From an uncultured Nitrososphaerales archaeon (GTDB lineage: Archaea; Thermoproteota; Nitrososphaeria; Nitrososphaerales; Nitrososphaeraceae): a stretch of DNA of 64,000 bases. Within the stretch, counting starts at the first letter, position 1. Every line of letters starts with the position of its first letter. Below the pieces are notes generated by a model that had not been told where the DNA came from, searched no databases, and was given only the letters and a program-made list of their open reading frames with translations. Positions 58,201-64,000 of the stretch are shown here, piece after piece. Where the stretch lies: NCBI GenBank assembly GCA_963713605.1, contig CAVQMO010000005.1, positions 32,001 through 96,000 of the forward strand, given 5' to 3'. A program made the position numbers and the translations under genes.

Positions 58201-58354
58201 AACATCTGCTCTCGACTATGGAGACGGTGGCACCGGACTTGGTTTGTACATTTCAAAAAGCATTATAGAGGCACATAGTGGCAGAATTTGGGCAGAGAAT
58301 AAGGGTGATGGAGACGGCGCAACATTTTCATTTAGTTTGCCATTAGATAACTGA
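55252..58354 (+). CDS. Multi-TM sensor histidine kinase (about 1030 aa when joined), frameshift near 56270
   Basis: Polytopic N-terminus and two TrmB/PLD-like repeats (FAVSDKE..FSELW; MFIVDNSK..FFDLLW). H-box AAHELRTP, NLIDNSLKY, DTGTGI, GTGLGL. Confidence 0.9.
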
Positions 58355-58521
58355 ATTGATTATTTGCTATTGCTAAATTATTGTAGATGGTAGACATCAT
58401 GTGATTTTTAAATTGACCTATTACTATTAAATGGGTCTCAATTGAATCCAATCAAAGACCACCAGTGAAATTCGGAGAGAAAAAACCAAATCTGTCTTAC
58501 AATCCTCTATCAGGACGCACA

Positions 58522-58806
58522 TCACCCATGAATCTCTTTTTCCAAGGCTTCCTTCAACATATGAACGTGTTTTTGTCTATCTTTCTTAATTGTGTTCCAC
58601 ATTTCCACCAACTCAGATTTACCGGCACTATTTGCGTCCTTGATATAGCTGTCAATGGTATCATATAGGAAATCAGCATCCTTTCCCAAGACTTTAAGTA
58701 TATCATAGGCTGTATTGCTCAATTCTCCGGTAGGGGCACCGCTCATGTGTTTGTTATCGATAACATAATATTTAACAACTCCCACGTTTATTTGCGGCAG
58801 TTTCAT
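58522..58806 (-). CDS. Small ferritin-like half-domain protein (likely start 58746)
   Basis: SNTAYDILKVL..YIKDA..WNTIKKDRQKHVHMLKEAL. Confidence 0.65.
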   Translation of the reverse strand: MKLPQINVGVVKYYVIDNKHMSGAPTGELSNTAYDILKVLGKDADFLYDTIDSYIKDANSAGKSELVEMWNTIKKDRQKHVHMLKEALEKEIHG

Positions 58807-58869
58807 TCAAGGCAATTGAGTTACTTCATTTTTGACCCTAACTTCACTTTAATAAAAGTAAAGCACACA

Positions 58870-59680
58870 CTTGACTCTACTCAGTTGTCTATAAAGGACA
58901 AGATTATAGATCATATTACTTACCTATAGGATGTCGAAGGGTTGACATATAGGCAGCATACTAGTGCATCTATCTGCAATCTTCCACTTTTTCGAGATAA
59001 ATGATTATGATGATCTTAGACGGAGACAGATCAAACGTTTCCTGCCAAAGGGTGAGTCTGATTATTTTGGCAAGAATAGACCCTATTCCATAAAGGAGAT
59101 TGACAAATACTCAACAAGTGTGATGTGCGTGACAAGGCTGCCGTGTTGATCATTCTCTCTACTGACCTGCGAATCGGTGGAATTAAGAGTTGCAGATAGG
59201 CGATATCAAGAGGATCGATGAGTATGGGTTTTATTTAACCTGGGTCTATTACTGTTCTGGGAAGGCTAGGCATTACACCTTTTGCACTCCAGAGTGTGCC
59301 TCCACAATCGATGAATATCTTGCGTATCGCAAAAGAATAGAAGAGCCAAGAAATTACAAGTCTCCTCTCATTCGGGAGGAGTTCAGTATGGACAACTACT
59401 TCAAGGCTCCAAAGTTTTTATCGACGAGGGTCATTCCACTTCTCTTTGAAGAAGCACTAAAGAAAGCAGGTGTTAACCAGGTCAAACCAGGCTAGATGAA
59501 AAGGGAAGTAATGCGCAGCCATGGCTTTAGATAGTTCTTCATTATCCAATGCGATAGATCTGGGATGTCTTTTACTCCTAGAGAGTAGGCATAAATTACC
59601 CAACCAGGATGCTAGTTACCGGCTTGCCGAGTACGTAAAAGCCATCCCGCTCGCTTACAGTAGACCCGAGTACTCAATCA
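58870..59680 (+). pseudogene. Tyrosine recombinase/integrase pseudogene
   Basis: HLSAIFHFFEIND, RPYSIKEI, RDKAAVLIILSTDLRIGG, YTFCTPEC, and SHGFR followed by a stop. Multiple stops and frameshifts. Confidence 0.85.
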
Positions 59681-60249
59681 AACCCTGAGCCCGTCAGAGA
59701 ATGTTAATGTCTCTTCAAGAGACAAGGCAATTTTCAACCAAACGGATAGGTACAGCCTCAGAGAATCAGACTACTTTAGCTACCAATGGTCTTAACGATA
59801 CAAGCGCAAATGGAACTAGTACAGAGATGGTTACTAACGCTTCGCAGGCTACAACCACAACCACTTTTCCGGCCACCACTTAGCTTAATGCCGGCACCAA
59901 CTCAATCGCAACAGCAACCCTCCCCACATCTGATTGAAATACAGAAAAGAGAAAACAAATAGCACACACTTCCTCAAACATTGAGATATGCTGTTAATAA
60001 AGGTAAATACGAAAGATATTGGATCGAATAATAACTCAAATGACAATGCAGAACCTCACCAAGTTTCTGGTTAGGTACGACAATCAACTATCAGGAAATA
60101 CTAATATAAAGCAGCTGAAGCTACTAATAGGATCACCATTTTATTCTGACTGAAATCATGAAGCTTGTCTGGATAAAGTAAGCTACTAGTTTGGGTATCA
60201 CTGAGCTCATACTACGGTATATGGCATAGCTAACTGAGTAGCAGCTGAC

Positions 60250-60675
60250 ATGCGGCGGCACCATCAGGTTACTCTGCCGCGGCAGCAGCAGGAGGCAGCA
60301 GGAGCTGCAGAGCCGGTGAAGATGAGAGCGGTAGCAGAAGAGGCGGCAGCAGTTGGTGGGGATGAAAAAGCAGCGGCAGCAGCAGCAGCTGCTGGTGTAG
60401 CAGTAGGCGAGGCAGCTGCAGAGGGTGCTGATCCAGAGGAAACATCTTCTGCCGACGAGGGAGCAACAAGTGAGGCACAGGAAACGGAGCAGGAGAAAAT
60501 TGAGAAACCCTTGGCTCAGGTGGCTGCATCTAAAGACGAACAGGAGGAACAACCTGCTGAAGGGGCACCTCCGGGAGCGCCAGTAGCGGAAGAACAACAA
60601 GGCCGCAGGTGGAGAAGATCAACCATCTGCAGACGGGGTACAACAACCTGATGACGGAGAAAGATCAGAATAAGA
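60250..60675 (+). CDS. Ala/Glu-rich low-complexity protein, disrupted at both ends
   Basis: Strongly biased A/E/G/Q composition. An alternative frame ends QTGVQQPDDGERSE*. Confidence 0.4.
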
Positions 60676-60872
60676 AGAGGATCTAGATTCTCAAGCCCTT
60701 TTTCGTATTTTAATTAGATATTCTTCCGGCAATCTGTTTTTTCTGTAGTTGTTTGTCATGACTGATACCGAGCGATTTGGTCACCTTAGTAGTTCCGTTC
60801 AACAAATTAGCCATGATAATGATCCATAACTTGGGCTGTTAAGTCAGCATCTCCTTATTGCTGCTATTAGCA

Positions 60873-60915
60873 CTAGAAAATAGCCATCGAGATTACGATC
60901 TACGCTATTTTCTAG
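60873..60915. repeat. 12-bp perfect inverted repeat between convergent genes
   Basis: ctagaaaatagc-N19-gctattttctag. Confidence 0.8.
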
Positions 60916-61010
60916 CAGAACAATAAAATTAACACGTGGAGGTCTATCAGGAATATTTTGCCATCACACAACAAGCGATCGTTACTCTGACATAAACGCT
61001 AGGGCTTATA

Positions 61011-62114
61011 TCAAATTAGCCTACTATATGTCGAAACCTGGCAATCGTTGAATATCGATCTTATATCAAAGTCATTGGCTTTATTTTGGTCTATATTCTT
61101 TTGCCCTTGAAATAGCTGGCCAAATATGGCATCTTGTTGATCCGTGATTATTTGACTATTATCTGAATTTATCTGTACGGCAAGTCTTCTATTACTTTTG
61201 CCACTGTACTGCTTATTGTCATCATCACCATTGTCTCCATTGCCATCGTCTTCATCAGAAGGCGTAATCTTATCATTACCGTCACCATTACCCCCATCAC
61301 TCCCTCTAGGGATTCCTTCTACTGTCATGACAAAGGTACCGCCACACAAAGTAGCAGGAAGTGATGGAAACCACGGAGATACTATTTTAGAAGCTGTAGC
61401 GACGCCGCCCATACCGCCGGTTGTCATGGGAAGTCCCGTGCTGGGATAAGTACTTACGGGAGGATAAACTGTAGATGGGAATGTTGTACCAGAGGGTGGA
61501 TAGACAGTGGGGGGAAATGTGGTACCTGAAGGCGGGTAGTACGAGGCTTGTGGTTGTATTGTGTTACCGATAGAAGGGTTATAGGATGTTAAGGGCGAAG
61601 ACGGGAAGAATTGTTGTTGCTCCTGTGGGGTACTATACTGCGGCGTCGGAGATTGTAGTTGATAGAGTGGTTGTTGCTGTTGTATAACCTGTCCGGGGGC
61701 AGGAGTTTGTTGTTGCAGTTGAGTGGCATTAGATGGTGGAGTGAGTGTTTGTTGTCGTTGTGGCTGGAGCGTCGACGGCTGCTGTTGCTGTAACAACGGA
61801 GTAGTAGGCTGCGGCTGCTCTTGGACAGTCTGATTTGAGGCTGATGTTGCGGTAGTATTTTTTGCTATCTGGTTATTTACGGCAATTGTATTCCGTGCGC
61901 CTATAGCACTAAGAGTGTCATCATTAGTTGCATTAGCTGTTGTCACAGAGTGGTTTCCGCTAGACGTAGTTCCATCAAGGAGCGACGGCAAGCTAGTTAC
62001 CTGGCCATTTACCTGGTCTACCTCTCCGCTCGAAGCCATCATGATCAAATTAATCACCGTGATTATCGCCGCAAGTGTCAGAGATTTTGAAGCGATTATC
62101 TTCAATACGGACAA
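61011..62114 (-). CDS. Secreted Gln/Pro/Thr-rich protein
   Basis: Signal peptide, poly-Q tracts, YPPSGTTFP repeats, C-terminal domain with two Cys. Confidence 0.75.
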   Translation of the reverse strand: MSVLKIIASKSLTLAAIITVINLIMMASSGEVDQVNGQVTSLPSLLDGTTSSGNHSVTTANATNDDTLSAIGARNTIAVNNQIAKNTTATSASNQTVQEQPQPTTPLLQQQQPSTLQPQRQQTLTPPSNATQLQQQTPAPGQVIQQQQPLYQLQSPTPQYSTPQEQQQFFPSSPLTSYNPSIGNTIQPQASYYPPSGTTFPPTVYPPSGTTFPSTVYPPVSTYPSTGLPMTTGGMGGVATASKIVSPWFPSLPATLCGGTFVMTVEGIPRGSDGGNGDGNDKITPSDEDDGNGDNGDDDNKQYSGKSNRRLAVQINSDNSQIITDQQDAIFGQLFQGQKNIDQNKANDFDIRSIFNDCQVSTYSRLI

Positions 62115-63126
62115 ACTCTAGTAGGATATTACTGTTCGAAGTTTTATGTAAACTTTCCAATAAAGATCTAGAGATAAAGAGTTGTTCTCAGTGTGTCTAA
62201 CATTATCGATAATTTAACTAATCTGGTTTCCAGATTCTTTTAAGCGGCAGTGTTTGTCTTGTCGCTCTCTCGATTCCCTTTCACTGGATGACATTATTGG
62301 GCAATGATAATCGTCGTCGACAGACTTTGAATGAATGAACTATCTCTAAATATCTTAGTGGATAATAAGAGGTAACTATGTCTGACCGGCCGTCGGATAA
62401 GAGAGAAAAAGAGACTTAGGAATCTAGCACCATCTTGAATATCACATCAGGATAGTTTATGATACAGAGCCTCTTATCGCAACCAAATGAATCAGATGAG
62501 GCTAACCTGACTCATCTTCGAACCGTCAAATATCTTAGAAAGTAAGTAGAATTAGGATTGCTCTTTTTGACGGATTTCAAACCATATTCATATTACGAAA
62601 TCACTAAGAAGGTTCGTCGGTGTGTGCAGTTATTCGGCCAATTAGAAGACGATTTGCGATCTTTCTTGGCGGGTTTGATGGGTCGGATTTTTTTTTGCAA
62701 TGTTTCTGCAAACAATAAAAATGGTTCCACCGGGGCCTCCGAAAAATCGATAAAATCGGAGTATTCGTGAGATAATCTGACAACCTCTATCTTATAGAAA
62801 CGATCAATAATCGGAAATGGGTAGTTATTTGTATAATAATTCTGTTGAACTCATAGCTGAGCTCTAAATTGACTTTCTAGAAAGGATTTCAATAGTCCTC
62901 TCTCAGTTATCGCTGTACCGACCCCCTGAACCAATTAATCAAAAGTTTGCACCAAATGTTCTTGCTACTCATTTTAACGTGGGTTCGAGTTAGAACAAGC
63001 ACAATAATGAGGCTCGCTCCATATTGGGAACTTACACCAACTTACATCAACTATTGGGGGAAATATCAAATGAATGAAACTAAAAAGAAACGAAAGATTC
63101 GGTCCTTGTTTTCTTAACTCAAATGG

Positions 63127-64000
63127 CTACCGTCTCGTCACCATGTTCAATAGAAGTTTCATTCTGCCTATAACCGGGATGCTGTAACTCTTTGCAACAA
63201 TTGTAGGACATTCCAGATATTCCAATAGATGCAGCAAATGGGGGTCGCTCAGACAACTATATTTTGCAATACTTGCTCCGACAATTAAGAGATCTGGTTG
63301 GGCTGCGTTGATTGTTGACTGGATTAGCATAGTCAAGTTCTCTACGCTGCTTTCTACTTCTTTTGAAAGGTAGATTTCATTGTATTCAACCCCAATCATA
63401 CCTAAATGCTGTGCTTGATGAGAATGGTTCCTGTGATTGGGATCTTTTTTCTCTTCAGCATGTTCTTCATGGCCTTTGTTGATAGAGAGGATAGTAACTG
63501 TAAACAAACCGGAGTGCTCAATCCACCTCGCAGTCCTTAAAACTATATCTGAATGTTCTCCACGCTCGAACAGGACAACGAGTCTTTTCTTCTTGTTATT
63601 ATTTTCTTTTCTTAGTCCCGCATTCGCTTGTAGCGGCTGCTGTCTGCTGTCCGTAAATTAGATTCCGCGCTTGGATATAGTCACTGCTACCAGCCATCCT
63701 AGAGGTTGCTTCAAGTTGCAGATCATCATCGGCTCTCTTTATGGCTAGAGCATCACAAGTGGCGAGAGTCTGTAGTTTTTTGTTTGTTCGAAGTGTTTCG
63801 AAATCAACCAGTAGTAGATCTATATGCTGTTCTTCGATGGTCACAAGGATAGCCTCGGTTGAATCGTGTGATATTCTGGCCAAATAGTGATTTGTAATAC
63901 TCTCTTTGTCGAGGGCGTCTTCTAAAGGCTTGTAGGCTCTCTTTGCTGAATCGGCAAATGCAATCCCTGCAGAGAGAGGAGTCTGCTCAGGGACTGTTAT
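63127..64000 (-). CDS. C-terminal universal-stress-protein domains, probably of an amino-acid permease-USP fusion; partial, frameshift near 63600
   Basis: ITVPEQTPLSAG..RISHDSTEAILVTIEEQHIDLLLV, and PDLLIVGA..LECPTIVAK. Confidence 0.65.

Noticed and set aside
60133..60600. Cys-rich minus-strand ORF
   Set aside because: It is the antisense of GCA-rich Ala/Glu codons.
62980..62995. tRNA T-loop-like GGTTCGA
   Set aside because: No T-stem pairing or cloverleaf around it.
62120..63120. Gene or ncRNA in the 1-kb intergenic stretch
   Set aside because: Only short stop-interrupted frames and no recognisable structure.

Overview
Archaeal chromosomal DNA, most likely from a soil ammonia-oxidising archaeon (Nitrososphaeraceae, Thaumarchaeota). 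The assignment is inferred from rps25e, Rpo6, TFB, an archaeal ATP-dependent ligase, archaemetzincin and many Nitrososphaera-type secreted proteins and winged-helix regulators. The window holds housekeeping genes, ergothioneine genes (egtD/egtB), two SPFH paralogues, HtrA, a large CopC-CopD-beta-propeller fusion, a hyaluronan-synthase-like GT2, a membrane sulfite-oxidase-family enzyme, a PQQ sugar dehydrogenase, two atypical PII proteins, a deacetylase, an HD-GNAT fusion, a large sensor kinase, many small secreted proteins and several decayed genes including an integrase. About a dozen genes, including the DNA ligase, are broken by single-base indels that look like long-read consensus errors. 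I found no rRNA, tRNA, CRISPR array or intact mobile element. The best leads are: (1) an HtrA / membrane-tethered wHTH / soluble wHTH cluster sharing a TGACA-N4-TGTCA palindrome; (2) two chaplin-like secreted microproteins with an identically spaced non-canonical promoter; (3) a deacetylase / PII / HD-GNAT neighbourhood. Product calls come from motif recognition by eye, with no database searches.
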